A stretch of DNA of 64,000 bases from Macrostomum lignano (Eukaryota), in NCBI GenBank assembly GCA_002269645.1, contig NIVC01000187.1, forward strand, positions 8,178 through 72,177. Direction: 5' to 3'. The position numbers and the translations under genes were made by a program. Shown here in pieces: positions 24,731 to 38,900 of the stretch; the stretch's first letter is position 1, and every line of letters starts with the position of its first letter. The notes under the pieces were generated by a model that worked only from the letters and a program-made list of their open reading frames with translations, had not been told where the DNA came from and did no database searches.

Positions 24731-27700
24731 GTCTATCTGTCTGTTAAGGAGCTCCTAATTTCATCGTCTCCATTACAAACTCGGTTGTCCCCTGCTTTCT
24801 GAACCGCTCATTGTCCTGCGCATATTGCGCGCGGATAGCAACTCGAAAACAAAGAAGATTCTTCTGAACCTTACAAAAAGAATCTCGGAATTTTTTCATG
24901 ATACATCATCCTGAATCATTACAAGACATGATGATGGTTAGCATATACTGGATAGTTAGTGTAGCATATGCAGCCGTGTTAGGCTGCTCAAGAAACCCGA
25001 GTGCTCTTGGGAATTCCGCCTTGTAGCAAAAAGCGATTGCGAAGCCTCATCAGGCAAAGGTGAAACGCGATACGCTGATCCTGGGATCTGCAGGAAAACA
25101 GATGCGGCACGACACAGTAGACATGATATGGGATCTAGCAGGGAGAAGTAGGCATGATATGAGACATACATGCGCAACCTCCGAAATTCGGTCGGCCATG
25201 CGACTTAGTTTTAACAAAAATGCGACATAGTTTTTGGCCAAAAATGCGACTTACATGCAAAAAAAACCTAAAACAAAATTAACGCAACTTTGGGTAAACG
25301 GCAGGAGTAACTATGACTGTCTTATAACGCCAAAATGCCTCGTCAGCTACTTAGTACTACTACTTTGTTATTTTTTCGGGTAGGCATTTTTGCGACTTCC
25401 TTGGTTGGCCGCCAAATCGGTCGGCCGGATCGGCCGACTCGGCCGACTGTTGCGCATGTATGATATGAGATCTAGCTTACAGAAGTAGACACGATATGGG
25501 ATCTAGCAGGGAGAAGTAGGCATGATATGAGATCTAGCTTACAGAAGTAGACACGATATGAGATCTAGCAGAGAGAAGTAGACACGATAAGAGATCTAGC
25601 AGGGAGAAGTAGACACTATAAGAGATCTAGCTTACAGAAGTAGACACCATAGGAGATCTAGCAGGGAGAAGTAGACACGATATGAGATCTAGCAGAGAGA
25701 AGTAGACACGATAAGAGATCTAGCAGGGAGAAGTAGACACGATAAGAGATCTAGCAGGGAGAAGTAGGCATGATAAGAGATCTAGTAGGGAGAAGTAGAC
25801 ACGATTAGAGATCTAGCAGGGAGAAGTAGACACGATAAGAGATCTAGTAGGGAGAAGTAGACACGATTAGAGATCTAGCAGGGAGAAGTAGACACGATTA
25901 GAGATCTAGCAGGGAGAAGTAGACACGATAAGAGATCTAGTAGAGAGAAGTAGACACGATTAGAGATCTAGCAGGGAGAAGTAGACACGATAAGAGATCT
26001 AGCAGGGAGAAGTAGGCATGATAAGAGATCTAGCAGGGAGAAGTAGACACGATATGAGATCTAGCAGGGAGAAGTAGACACAATAAGAGATCTAGTAGGG
26101 AGAAGTAGACACGATTAGAGATCTAGCAGGGAGAAGTAGACACGATAAGAGATCTAGTAGGAGAAGTAGACACGATAAGAGATCTACTAGGGAGAAGTAG
26201 ACACGATATGAGATCTAGCAGGGAAAAGTAGACACGATAAGAGATCTAGAAGGAAGAAGTAGACACAAAAGCAAACAAAAATTCTTTGGATGGCTTGTGA
26301 CCTTCTAATGGTCAGGCATGTACACTCTCTGTGTCTTGTGGGTTGGCCCTCCACAGAATCCTTGATCCTTGATGGAGCCATAGGTCTTGCGAGGCGCGAG
26401 AGTCAGACTCTGAGCTGCATCGTCTCAATCAACTGAGTAACGCAGTGCTCAAGCGAGCAAAACCCCACTAGCAGACTACGAGCCCTCGAGAAGTCCGATA
26501 CTCTGACGAAAGTGGTTTAAAACTCTCTCTCTGTCTCAATCCTCTCGAGAAAGCACTCAACTCTTGGATTTTGTGCTTGAGTTTTTCAAGTTTGAGTCTC
26601 TACGCCAGGTGGGCTGGGTGGGTCATCGGAGAGGCTTAGGAAGCGAGCGACCAGTGGGCCTCGTGGATAAGAGAAAGAAAAGGGAAAAATCCTCACTGAT
26701 TTGTTTAGCTTTACCCCTTCCTGATTCTCCCAGTGAGTGTATCATGAGCCTCTGAAAAGGCCCTACAAACCTCAAGGGCGTTAACTTGATTTCTCTAAAA
26801 AAATTATGGCAGAGTTTTCTCGCCTAGCAATAAATATTTAACCGCCTACAGTCATAAAACTGTTTACTTAATCCGCAGCGAAATTTAATTGCTTCCCCTA
26901 TTTATTGAGAAATGCTTGAGACTTTGAAGGTTAAAACCTTAGAGCTCCGCTGATTGTGGAAAAGTCCCTAATAGACTTAAATTATTTGATATAAGTAGGC
27001 GATACTTATCTCAGAGAACTCATAGCCTTGCTTACTAGCTCACGAAGTCAGCCATAGGTTTATTATGTTGTTCCTTGACTTAGTTATAAGCTTGGTCATT
27101 GAATGAGTCATAGCACATAGAATAAGTCATAGCACTTTGAATCAGTTATAGCTCATATAATCAGTCATAGCTCATATAATCAGTCATAGCTCATAGAATC
27201 AGTCATAGCTCATAGAATCAGTCATAGCTCATAGAATCAGTCAAAGCTCATAGAATCAGTCATAGCTCATAGAATCAATCATAGCTCATAGAATCAGTCA
27301 TAGCTCATAGAATCAGTCATAGCTCATAGAATCAATCATAGCTCATAGAATCAGTCATATCTCATAGAATCAGTCATAGCTCATAGAATCAGTCAAAGCT
27401 CATAAAATCCGTCATAGCTCATAGAATCAATCATAGCTCATAGAATCAATCATAGCTCATAGAATCAATCATAGCTCATAGAATCAGTCATAGCTCATAG
27501 AATCAGTCATAGCTCATATAATCAGTCATAGCTCATAGAATCAGTCATAGCTCATAGAATCAGTCATAGCTCATAGAATCAGTCATAGCTCATAGAATCA
27601 GTCATAGCTCATAGAATCAGTCAAAGCTCATAGAATCAGTCAAAGCTCATAGAATCAGTCATAGCTCATAGCATCAGTCATAGCTCATAGAATCAGTCAT

Positions 27701-29922
27701 AGCTCATAGAATCAGTCAAAGCTCATAGAATCAGTCATAGCTCATAGAATCAGTCATAGCTCATAGAATCAGTCATAGCTCATAGAATCAGTCAAAGCTC
27801 ATAGAATCAGTCATAGCTCATAGAATCAGTCATAGCTCATAGAATCAATCATAGCTCATAGAATCAGTCATAGCTCATAGAATCAGTCATAGCTCATAGA
27901 ATCAGTCATAGCTCATAGAATCAGTCATAGCTCATAGAATCAGTCAAAGCTCATAGAATCAATCATAGCTCATAGAATCAATCATAGCTCATAGAATCAG
28001 TCATAGCTCATAGAATCAGTCATAGCTCATAGAATCAGTCATAGCTCATAGAATCAATCATAGCTCATAGAATCAGTCATAGCTCATAGAATCAATCATA
28101 GCTCATAGAATCAGTCATAGCTCATAGAATCAATCATAGCTCATAGAATCAGTCATAGCTCATATAATCAGTCATAGCTCATAGAATCAGTCATAGCTCA
28201 TAGAATCAGTCATAGCTCATAGAATCAGTCATAGCTCATAGAATCAGTCATAGCTCATAGAATCAGTCATAGCTCATAGAATCAGTCATAGCTCATAGAA
28301 TCAGTCATAGCTCATAGAATCAGTCATAGCTCATAGCATCAGTCATAGCTCATAGAATCAGTCATATCTCATAGAATCAATCATAGCTCATAGAATCAAT
28401 CATACCTCATAGAATCAGTCATAGCTCATAGAATCAGTCATAGCTCATAGAATCAGTCATAGTTTATACATACTGAATTCAAGCCAAAGCATACTCACTG
28501 AATTTCCACGTACATGCCTACGTTGAGGTCTTGTTTTGAGCTTCCTTTGACTGGGAAGAATTACAACGAAAGCAGCAATGGGTGACTGAAAATATCGCCT
28601 CGATGTAATCGCAGATTTCAGCCTAGACTGGTTAGCTTAAAGATCAACCAAGCAAGAAAATTTTGCCTGAGAAAGAATTTCTAGGGTGGAAGGAAATCCA
28701 CCAAAGGTCGTGTGAGTTTCTTTCTTAAATTTGAGTTTCTCTACAGCAACCATTTCCATTTCGCTGACTCTACTGAGCACGCACCCCTGATGGACTTCTT
28801 CCATCATAAATAGTTCATATAGTGTTTAGAAAATGATTAGTTTTGTAGGGGGGGGGTTTCAACCCCTCCAGCTCATCCAAAAACAAACCTTGGAAAATTC
28901 TGACACTTTTTAATCCCAGAGCATAATAAATCTCTTCTTTCTAATAAATTCAGTCGCGTGAATTTTTGTCATTTCATTCAAAATTTATGCGTGAAAAACC
29001 ATTGCAATGCCAATGCGTTTGCTCAGGGAATCGAACCAGGGATCGCACGAGGCGCGTGTGTCGGTCTAAAAAACGAAGCTTCAACCTCCTCAGAGCTCTC
29101 TAAGACAGTCGACAATATAAAAGCCGCTGTTCAAAAAGGGGCGTCTTGACGGTCTCATGAAAATGGACACTGCTCAAATCTTCATAGCGAATTCGATGAT
29201 CAGTCAGTGCGTGAAAACTCTGATCACGCTTCACTGGGCGATTCTGCCGTGCCCCCCGACTCGTTCACGCGAGAAACTTCATCAAGCAGATCCGAATCGC
29301 AGATGAGCAAAGAGGCAGTGACGACAGAGAAGAGTCAGTGATGCTTCGAGCTGGGTCTGAAAGAGGGTCGCATCATTTTTTGAAGAGCGCTCAGTCATTT
29401 CGGTTCTGTCTAAGGATGGCATTGAGAGCACAAAGAAAATTAAATTTTCCCATTTAATTTTGTGACACCCCAGTCATAAGTTGCCTGGGAACTAATCGGA
29501 GCTGTTTGGAAAATATTAGATCTGGGATAATTGCAGAGCCATTATGAAGTGTGTGTTGTGGGTCTAGGGATTTTAAGAGACTTTGAGAGTTCAAGCTATA
29601 CTTTTATATCTTAATAGTAGGCTGACTGAAGTTCGTGATCCAGGAAGTCAACTTGTAAGTGCAGATGCACTGCTTCTGTTCACAGCTCCGAGGGCTTGGT
29701 AATTAGCCCAATGCCACTGACTATTTACTCGTTGGAGTATTAAACAGAGTCTTATTAGTCCTTTTGTTGTGTCTGCAAGTTCTAATCTAAGCAACAGTGG
29801 AAAGAGTATAAAAAAGCAAATATCAAAAGCTCAAAAGCACCGATGACATTATTAGAAAGGCTGGCTAGAAAACTGATCTTCTGCAGCACGTTCTGCCTCA
29901 CAGAAAGAAACAGTGGATTTAA

Positions 29923-29980
<58 letters not shown>

Positions 29981-32900
29981 TACATTCGGATTCAAGAACT
30001 CGCTAGGTCAAGTATTTGAGGTCCTGACCGGTCCCAGACCAAATCTCCAGGCCCTCACCCACCCCAGCGCCCCGAGCCCAGCTAATCTCCCGCTGTGATC
30101 TTTCCTTCTTTCTTGGCGCATTTCTCTGCCGTGCGTGCTGCCAGCTTCCCCCGTCCCATAGGAGGAGTCCTTTTGGCACCCGCAGAGCGCGGCAGTCCCT
30201 CTCGCAGCTACGCTGTGAAAAGAATTGTGTGGAAAGTGTGGAAAAAAACAAAGCTTCATCACAACTCCGCTAAGCAGACGGCGGCCGCAGATTCGCGCCC
30301 TAGCGGCCGTGTTGTTCCAACTGATTGATTGGCTGTGACAACTGCTGCCGCTGCTACTCCTGCTACCGCCGTTCCAGCGGCGCCACTGCGTGTAGCAGAA
30401 GCCGAAATAAAGGGAAGCACTTTCTAAGGACCTTTGAAGCAGAATTTCAGTTGCAGTGGTCCTCGACATGGCCGTAAATACGAAACTTAGCATCGGTTGG
30501 ACGCTAATTTAGGCTCTAAAATAGTTGCGCAACAATAATCCTGTTGTAGTTTTGAATTCTGGCATGTGTAGTACGATGGAGTGTGCAGGGTAGGTACAGT
30601 AAAAGTACAAAACATCCCGGAAACTCGGGCGTCAGGACACTACCTTGACTCAGCTGCAGCTAGGAGGCTGCGGACATTCGGATTCAACGGGAAGGTGCCA
30701 TCGGGGAGCTGGTGCTGTGGTGTCACGCAGGGAGATCCGGTGGTGCTGGTGTCCGCGCCAGGACGCTCCTACGTGACTGATGCCCGCGTCAGGACGCTTC
30801 AATGTGACTGATGCCCGCGTCAGGACGCTTCAATGTGACTGATGCCCGCGTCAGGACGCTCCCACGTGACTGATTCCCGCGTCAGGACGCTTCAATGTGA
30901 CTGATGCCCGCGTCAGGACGCTTCAATGTGACTGATACCCGCGTCAGGACGCTTCAATGTGACTGATTCCCGCGTCAGGCCGCTCCCACGTGACTGATTC
31001 CCGCGCCAGGACGCTCCCACGTGACTGATGCCCGCGTCAGGACGCTTCAATGTGACTGATGCCCGCGTCAGGACGCTTCAATGTGACTGATACCCGCGTC
31101 AGGACGCTTCAATGTGACTGATACCCGCGTCAGGACGCTTCAATGTGACTGATTCCCGCGTCAGGACGCTTCAATGTGACTGATACCCGCGTCAGGACGC
31201 TTCAATGTGACTGATGCCCGCGTCAGGACGCTTCAATGTGACTGATACCCGCGTCAGGACGCTTCAATGTGACTGATTCCCGCGTCAGGACGCTTCAATG
31301 TGACTGATACCCGCGTCAGGACGCTTCAATGTGACTGATTCCCGCGTCAGGACGCTTCAATGTGACTGATACCCGCGTCAGGACGCTTCAATGTGACTGA
31401 TGCCCGCGTCAGGACGCTTCAATGTGACTGATTCCCGCGTCAGGACGCCCGCGTCAGGACGCTGCCATGGGATTTCTGCTTAAGCTACGGAATTATAAAA
31501 CCCAAAACAAGGTTCGATTTGAGAACGTCGAGATGTTCAGCTATTCAGAAAAGTACATTTTGAGATGTAAAGCATCCAAATAACATCAACAAGATATCCA
31601 TCCGCTAAATAGATTGCGTCTGCAGTCAGTTGCAAGCATTTCTTCAAAATGAGAGTTCACCGGCTATCTGCTGATTAGTTGAGTACCCCCCCCCCCAGGT
31701 GGAGTGGATTGGGGGCAGGAAGGAGAGACTAACTTGATCAAGAAGAGTGAAAATGCGAAGAGAGGAATCCCGTAGTTACGAGGCCTAACTGTACAACTTG
31801 TGGCACATATATCTACGAGCGTATCTGCTGGGGGGGGGCTTCGCTTCAATGATTTGGGAGGCCTCACAACTTCGCAGCTCACCTGAGCTCTCTCACTTGC
31901 CATGTGTGAAAAGAGAATTTTTCGTCAGAGTTTATTGAGCTGAAGAGCTGGAATTAGCGTTGCCCGGACGAAGGTATGGAATGGAGGGCACGTAAAAAAG
32001 TTCAAGTATCTCATTCCAAAGTCTCGCACGAGCGTGCAAGGAAGGCGTTAGTGTTGGCTGCGGTTCACTGCGGCTGCCTTGAGGTGCTGCTGCTGGGACT
32101 GGGGAGGCGTTTAGGATGAATGGTTAGCCATGGTTAAAACGATCGAGACAGAGGATAGAGGGGAGGATAGAGAAGAAAGATAGAGACGGAGGTTAATGAG
32201 GGACGGATAGAGAGGGAGGATAGTTGGGGATAGAGAGGGAGGATAGAGAGAGAGGATAGAGAGAGAGGATAGAGAGGGAAGATAGAGAGGGAGGATAGAG
32301 AGGGAGGATAGAGAGGGAGGATAGAGAGGGAGGTTAGATAGGGAGGATAGATAGGGAGGATAGAGAGGGAGGATGGATAGGGAGGTTAGATAGGGAGGAT
32401 AGAGAGGGAGGTTAGATAGGGAGGATAGATAGGGAGGATAGAGAGGGAGGATAGATAGGGAGGATAGAGAGGGAGGTTAGATAGGGAGGATAGAGAGGGA
32501 GGTTAGATAGGGAGGATAGATAGGGAGGATAGAGAGGGAGGATAGATAGGGAGGATAGAGAGGGAGGATAGATAGGGAGGATAGAGAGGGAGGTTAGATA
32601 GGGAGGATAGATAGGGAGGATAGAGAGGGAGGATAGATAGGGAGGCTAGATAGGGAGGTTAGATAGGGAGGTTAGATAGGGAGGTTAGATAGGGAGGTTA
32701 GATAGGGAGGATAGAGAGGGAGGATAGATAGGGAGGATAGAGAGTGAAGATGAATAGGGAGGATAGACTGGTGAGAGCCAGCAAAGACGTGTAGAGGGGA
32801 GCCAAGACACAATGCAACAAGAGTGCGGCCGGGGTTGCAGAGTGCTTAGGTAGCAGGTAGAGCCAACGTTCTACAAGCATTTCTACATCACCAATGAAGC

Positions 32901-35900
32901 TGACACACCCTCATCTCTCTCTCTCACTCACTTTCTCTTTCTCACTCTGTTTGTTCAAAAAGAATTGCCTTTGAGCTACATTACGGATATAAAGTTTCTG
33001 AGAACCAGGTTACTCTTTCTTGGCTGAGACTGACACTTCTGTTTTAAAGGATTCTGTTTAATTTTTTTTGAAGAAAGAATCTGCTCCACGAGCGTACCGG
33101 TAAAATGTTTCAAAATATTGAGCAATTATTATAACAAGCTAGTTATAGAGTTTCGACAAGCTTTTGAGCTGGTAAAAGTACATTGAGCCTTGCATCTCAT
33201 ATAAAAGGGCTTGGCCTTTATCTACAACTGAGGTTAAATTGTCAACAACTTTTTGTCAACAAAAGTGCATTTATGAACATGACATCAACATGACATCGAC
33301 ATTACATCGACATTACATCGACATTACATCAACATGACATAAACATGACATCAAGATGGCATCAACATGACATAAAGATGACATCAACATGACATCAAGA
33401 TGGCATCAACATGACATCAAGATGGCATCAACATGACATCAACATGACATTAACATGACATCAACATGACATCAAAATGACATTAACATGACATAAATAT
33501 GACATAAACATGACATCAACATGACATTAACATGACATAAATATGACATAAACATGACATAAACATGACATCAACATGACATCAACATGACATCAAGATG
33601 GTATCAACATGACATTAACATGACATAAACATGTCATGAACATATAATAGTAAGACAAAACTCAATATTATTTGCGACGCGTTTCGGCTAAAACTAGCCA
33701 TCTTCAGGCACTATCGAACAGAATTTATTTCAACCTATTAAATACTGTTAATAGGTTAATAGCTGTAATACTGTTAATAGCTAATTAAATAGGTTGAAAT
33801 AAATTCTGTTCGATAGTGCCTGAAGATGGCTAGTTTTAGCCGAAACGCGTCGCAAATAATATTGAGTTTTGTCTTACTATTGTCATGAACATGACATCAA
33901 CATGACATCAACATGACATAAACATGACATCAACATGACATCAAGATGGTATCAACATGACATTAACATGACATAAACATGTCATGAACATGACATCAAC
34001 ATGACATCAAGATGGTATCAACATGACATTAACATGACATAAACATGTCATGAACATGACATCAACATGACATCAACATGACATAAACATGACATCAACA
34101 TGACATCAAGATGGTATCAACATGACATTAACATGACATAAACATGTCATGAACATGACATCAACATGACATCAAGATGGCATCAACATGACATCAACAT
34201 GACATAAACATGACATCAACATGACATCAACATGACATAAACATGACATCAACATGACATCAAGATGGCATCAACAAGACATTAACATGACATGGGCATG
34301 ACATCGACATGAAAATAACATAGACTTTAGCAAATAAATAATCAAGAAATGATGCGTTAAAATCATCTACCAGCTTTTCTTCGACAGCAGACTTTTCTAG
34401 AAATCATTTTGAAAACACATCGGGAAAATAAGCGCGGATGAAATCTGAGCACCAAATAATAGCAGGCAGTCGACAATTATCCTCTCCTCACCGACTGTTA
34501 CAAATTATTTTTTCATTCGGAAGTGAAATTTCACACTAAAAATCCTTTTCGAAAAGAATATATACTTTTCTTTGACATTCTTTGTCGGGGGTGGTGGGGA
34601 AGGCCCTGGAGGCAAGCCATGGCAATTATCTCTCTGCCGCAGCCCCCCTCAACCCGCGACACCGACACCGACAACCCCCGACACCTTCGAAATGAAGTCA
34701 GCGGCCGGGGCTAATTGGCGGTGGTAGCAAAATCGGAGCGAGAGTTCGATACGAGCTTCGCCTGGATCACACAGACCCTCACAGAGGGGAGACACTTCCT
34801 ATCTTCACTTTATGACTGGCTATCGCCAACCCTGGAGGCCGACACTACTACATGTTGATAGGATTTTTCACGCAACAGAGCGGTTTGTTGATGGCGTCAA
34901 TCTAATAGTCTGTCTGGGGGGGTATAAAAGTTCTACCGCGCGTCACTCTTGTACTGGCGGTGTACACTACATTGGGTGTCGGTGTGTGTGGTTAGCTGGT
35001 TCTGTTATTTGCTCAGCAATTTGAGCATTGGCTTCTAAGTAATCCTTCCACCTTAGTAAATCCAAGGACTCTATCATCCGAAAGCGACTCAGTCACTCTA
35101 AAAAGATTTCTCAGTCACTCCTGAATAGTCGAAGCCAATATTTCAATCTGATACAAATCTAGCTCAGCCAGTCACTCTTAAAATCTAGCTCAGCCAGTCA
35201 CTCTTAAAATCTAGCTCAGCCAGTCACTCTCCCAATCTAGCTCAGCCAGTGACTCTGCAAATCTAGCTCAGCCAGTCACTCTGCAAATCTAGCTCAGCCA
35301 GTCACTCTCCCAATTTAGCTCAGCCAGTCACTCTGCAAATCTAGCTCAGCCAGTCACTCTGCAAATCTAGCTCAGCCAGTCACTCTCCCAATTTAGCTCA
35401 GCCAGTCACTCTCCCAATTTAGCTGAGCCAGTCACTCTGCAAATCTAGCTCAGCCAGTCACTCTGCAAATCTAGCTCAGCCAGTCACTCTCCCAATTTAG
35501 CTCAGCCAGTAACTCTGCAAATCTAGCTCAGCCAGTCACTCTGAAAATCTAGCTCAGCCAGTCACTCTGCAAATCTAGCTCAGCCAGTCACTCTCCCAAT
35601 CTAGCTCAGCCAGTCACTCTCCCAATTTAGCTCAGCCAGTCACTCTCCCAATTTAGCTGAGCCAGTCACTCTGCAAATCTAGCTCAGCCAGTCATTCTCC
35701 CAATTTAGCTCAGCCAGTAACTCTGCAAATCTAGCTCAGCCAGTCACTCTGCAAATCTAGCTCAGCCAGTCACTCTCCCAATTTAGCTCAGCCAGTAACT
35801 CTGCAAATCTAGCTCAGCCAGTCACTCTGCAAATCTAGCTCAGCCAGTCACTCTCCCAATTTAGCTCAGCCAGTCACTCTCCCAATCTAGCTCAGCCAGT

Positions 35901-38900
35901 CACTCTCCCAATCTAGCTCAGCCAGTCACTCTCCCAATCTAGCTCAGCCAGTCACTCTCCCAATCTAGCTCAGCCAGTCACTCTCCCAATCTAGCTCAGC
36001 CAGTCACTCTCCCAATCTAGCTCAGCCAGTCACTCTCCCAATCTAGCTCAGCCAGTCACTCTCTCAATCTAGCTCAGCCAGTCACTCTACCAATCTAGCT
36101 CAGCCAGTCACTCTGCAAATCTAGCTCAGCCAGTCACTCTGCAAATCTAGCTCAGCCAGTCACTCTGCAAATCTAGCTCAGCCAGTCACTCTGCAAATCT
36201 AGCTCAGCCAGTCACTGCAAATCTAGCTCAGCCAGTCACTCTGCAAATCTAGCTCTGCCAGTCACTCTACAAATCTAGCTCACCCAGTCACTCTGCAAAT
36301 CTAGCTCAGCCAGTGACATCTAGCTCAACAAGTCACTCTCTCGCGCTCTCTCCTTCCCAGACTCAGCCAACCGCAAGGTGCAGTTCACCAAACAGGGCGA
36401 TGGCATCGGAACCTACATTATTTACAACTATCGGGAGAACCGCGAAAGCTGGCACTTTGACTATCGTCGAGTTGGCGAATGGAACAAGGAGACGGGACTC
36501 AGTCTGGACATCAACGAGACAATCTACTGGGCTGGCAAAGTCACGGACATGCCGATCTCCCGGTGCAGCGAAGAGTGCCGTCCCGGCCAGAAAAAGATGT
36601 ACTCACAGAAGGGCAACAACAAGAACAAGTGCTGCTGGACTTGCAACGATTGTCAGCCGCATCAGCGAGTCAGCGATACTGGAGACGCCTGTATTGATTG
36701 CTCCGATGACGAGGGTCCGACGGAGGATAGAAATGCTTGCGTGCCGCTGCCGGTAAGGGAGGGAGGTGACAGGAAATTACGGATTTACAATATAAAGGTC
36801 AGGTTCAGGGTCGAATTAGGACAAGCTTGAGTCCATTCAGATCAGGCTGAAAGGTTGATTTAGGTCAGGTTCACGGATGGTCATGACTTTGGGGTTGATT
36901 TAGTTTAGGATAAGCTGCAGGATGTCGTGAAACATGTAACTGACGTGGCGAGGGTTACTTTGCTTTAAGGCGACAAAACTGGTTGCCTGTGGCGCTAAAA
37001 TGAGTGCCTGCGGTGCTAAAATGAGTGCCTGTGGTGCAAAATGAGTGCCTGCGGCGCTAAAATGAGTGCCTGCGGCGCTAAAATGAGTGCCTGCGGCGCT
37101 AAAATGACTGCCTGCGGCGCTAAAATGAGTGCCTGCGGCGCTAAAATGAGTGCCTGTGGTGCAAAATGAGTGCCTGCGGCGCTAAAATGAGTGCCTGCGG
37201 CGCTAAAATGAGTGCCTGCGGCGCTAAAATGAGTGCCTGCGGCGCTAAAATGACTGCCTGCGGTGCTAAAATGAGTATCTGCGGCGCTAAAATGAGTGTC
37301 TGCTGCGCTAAAATGAGTGCCTGCGGCGCTAAAATGAGTGCCTGCGGCGCTAAAATGAGTGCCTGCGGCGCTAAAACGATCGCCGACAACACTGATTCTG
37401 AAAATAATGTACAAGTAGAAATTTACTTATGTACACGGGTGCAGAATTCTTGGCTTTGTTCCCCCCCCCTCCCAATTTGTTGTATTATGTGCTCAGGAAT
37501 CGCCTCAGCACTCTGATTTTTGGATGCGACGATGCGACGATGAGCCGGCAAACAACCGGCAAAGGAAAGATTATAAAAATGAAAAAGTGGAAAGTACGCA
37601 CTGACTAAATTGCCGCCCGCCCGCCCGTCCACCCGCCATCATCGACTAAAAAAATTAGGAAAACAGAAGCTTTCTGCAGAAAGGAGAGCGAGGGGGGTTG
37701 TTGGAAAGTTTCTGTAGTTTCATTTTGCCGCAAAAACGTATGGCAATAGACGTTGTGGAGTGAGAGGGAGACGGCAGTGGAAGGCTTTGACTTGGGCCGC
37801 AACAGCCTTCACCGAAAGGGAAACTGTGCCAAAATATGGAGAGTTTCTAAGAATAAAATGAAACTTAAGAAAACGGGAGGAGACAACCGGAGGAAGATGC
37901 TCCAATTTTTGGAAGGCAATTATTCATTGCTAAACGACTGGGGGAAGCGGAGCTGCAAATGAACAGTTGTTAGAGTCAACTTTAATTAGAGAAATTGTTT
38001 TCTACATCAACTCTTAGTTAGGATTTTCTTTTCACGACAGGCATCCGTAAAAAAAACAACTGATGCGGTTTCTGAAAGAGTTTTGAAGAAGTTGGAAATA
38101 ATCAGGTGACGTTGTCAGAAAAATATTTTGGGTTTCGCCTAATAGGGATCTGGCAGGGATCTACGAGTAGAAGGATTAAAAAGATTAAAAGTAGTATAAT
38201 TGATTACACAATTAGCTGGTTGCACATTAGCTGATGTGCAACCTTAGGGGCGCGGCAAGGACTGGGGGGTCGACACACACAGCCTCAATTACCCCAGCTA
38301 TTGCTGGCACCCATTTTACAGCTGGGTGAACTGAAGCAATGCAGAGTTAGGCGTCTTGCTCAAGGACACAAATTGTTCCGAGTGGGATCGGGAATCGAAC
38401 CCCCGACCTTTCAAGTCGTGAGTCCGACGCATTAACCAGTAGGCTACAACCAAAAAGAATAAATAAAAAAATGATCTAGAAAGTATCTCTCTTTCACTCT
38501 CTGTACCTTAACAGAGAGCTCATCCTTAAATCTGTGGCCAAAAGCAAGCATTTGGTATGGAATATACACGCGCTGGCACCACTAGATCTGATCAGCAATC
38601 CTACTGGTTTCATCCATAGACGTTTTCAGATCTTGCTGACGAACTCAAAGTTAATTATTTTTGCAAAAATACTGATTATGGAAAATGGACAACACTACTA
38701 GGAAGTATCTGACCTTCCTTCATATTTCCTTGTGTAACCACCCTTAAAAACCCCAAGACTGCGGATGGCCTGCTCTGCAGGTCATGGTCTCATATCTATG
38801 GTCTGCGGCTCAATTTGCTGCTGATATGTGAAAACATTTCTAATGAGTCTTAGTTTGCGGCTGTGGCCGCAAAACTAGATAAAAAGAAAATTAAAAAGGA

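Larger units (their letters stand above)
25115..26265. repeat. 31-bp tandem repeat (AGATCTAGCAGGGAGAAGTAGACACGATAAG)n, interrupted by a MITE
   Basis: Read directly. Units are present on both sides of 25165-25462. Confidence 0.93.
33646..33881. mobile_element. Palindromic Penelope-like retroelement remnant: 94-bp perfect inverted arms, 48-bp spacer, 11-bp TSD
   Basis: Arms 33646-33739 and 33788-33881 are exact reverse complements. TSD GTCATGAACAT at 33633-43 and 33882-92. The empty site appears in later array units. Each arm contains a minimal hammerhead motif, a known hallmark of Penelope-like element termini. Confidence 0.75.
33280..34311. repeat. 11-bp tandem repeat (CAACATGACAT)n, interrupted by a palindromic insert
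   Basis: Read directly. Confidence 0.93.

Noticed and set aside
25292-25355. Functional rRNA gene
   Set aside because: Only 64 nt, H69 stem pairs are broken without compensation, and it is embedded in a MITE.
30000-30500. GC-rich island as a nested gene or alternative promoter
   Set aside because: Only short non-conserved ORFs and no recognisable RNA or splice structure.
23926-36360. Missing mGluR exons in the 12.4-kb intron
   Set aside because: Exon 1 and exon 2 join to ENFFVNSANRKVQFTKQGDGIGTYIIYNY, colinear with known mGluRs. The short ORFs in between show no homology I recognise.
38380-38451. tRNA gene
   Set aside because: Has A/B boxes but runs into a SINE body and lacks a convincing acceptor stem, so it is annotated as a SINE head.
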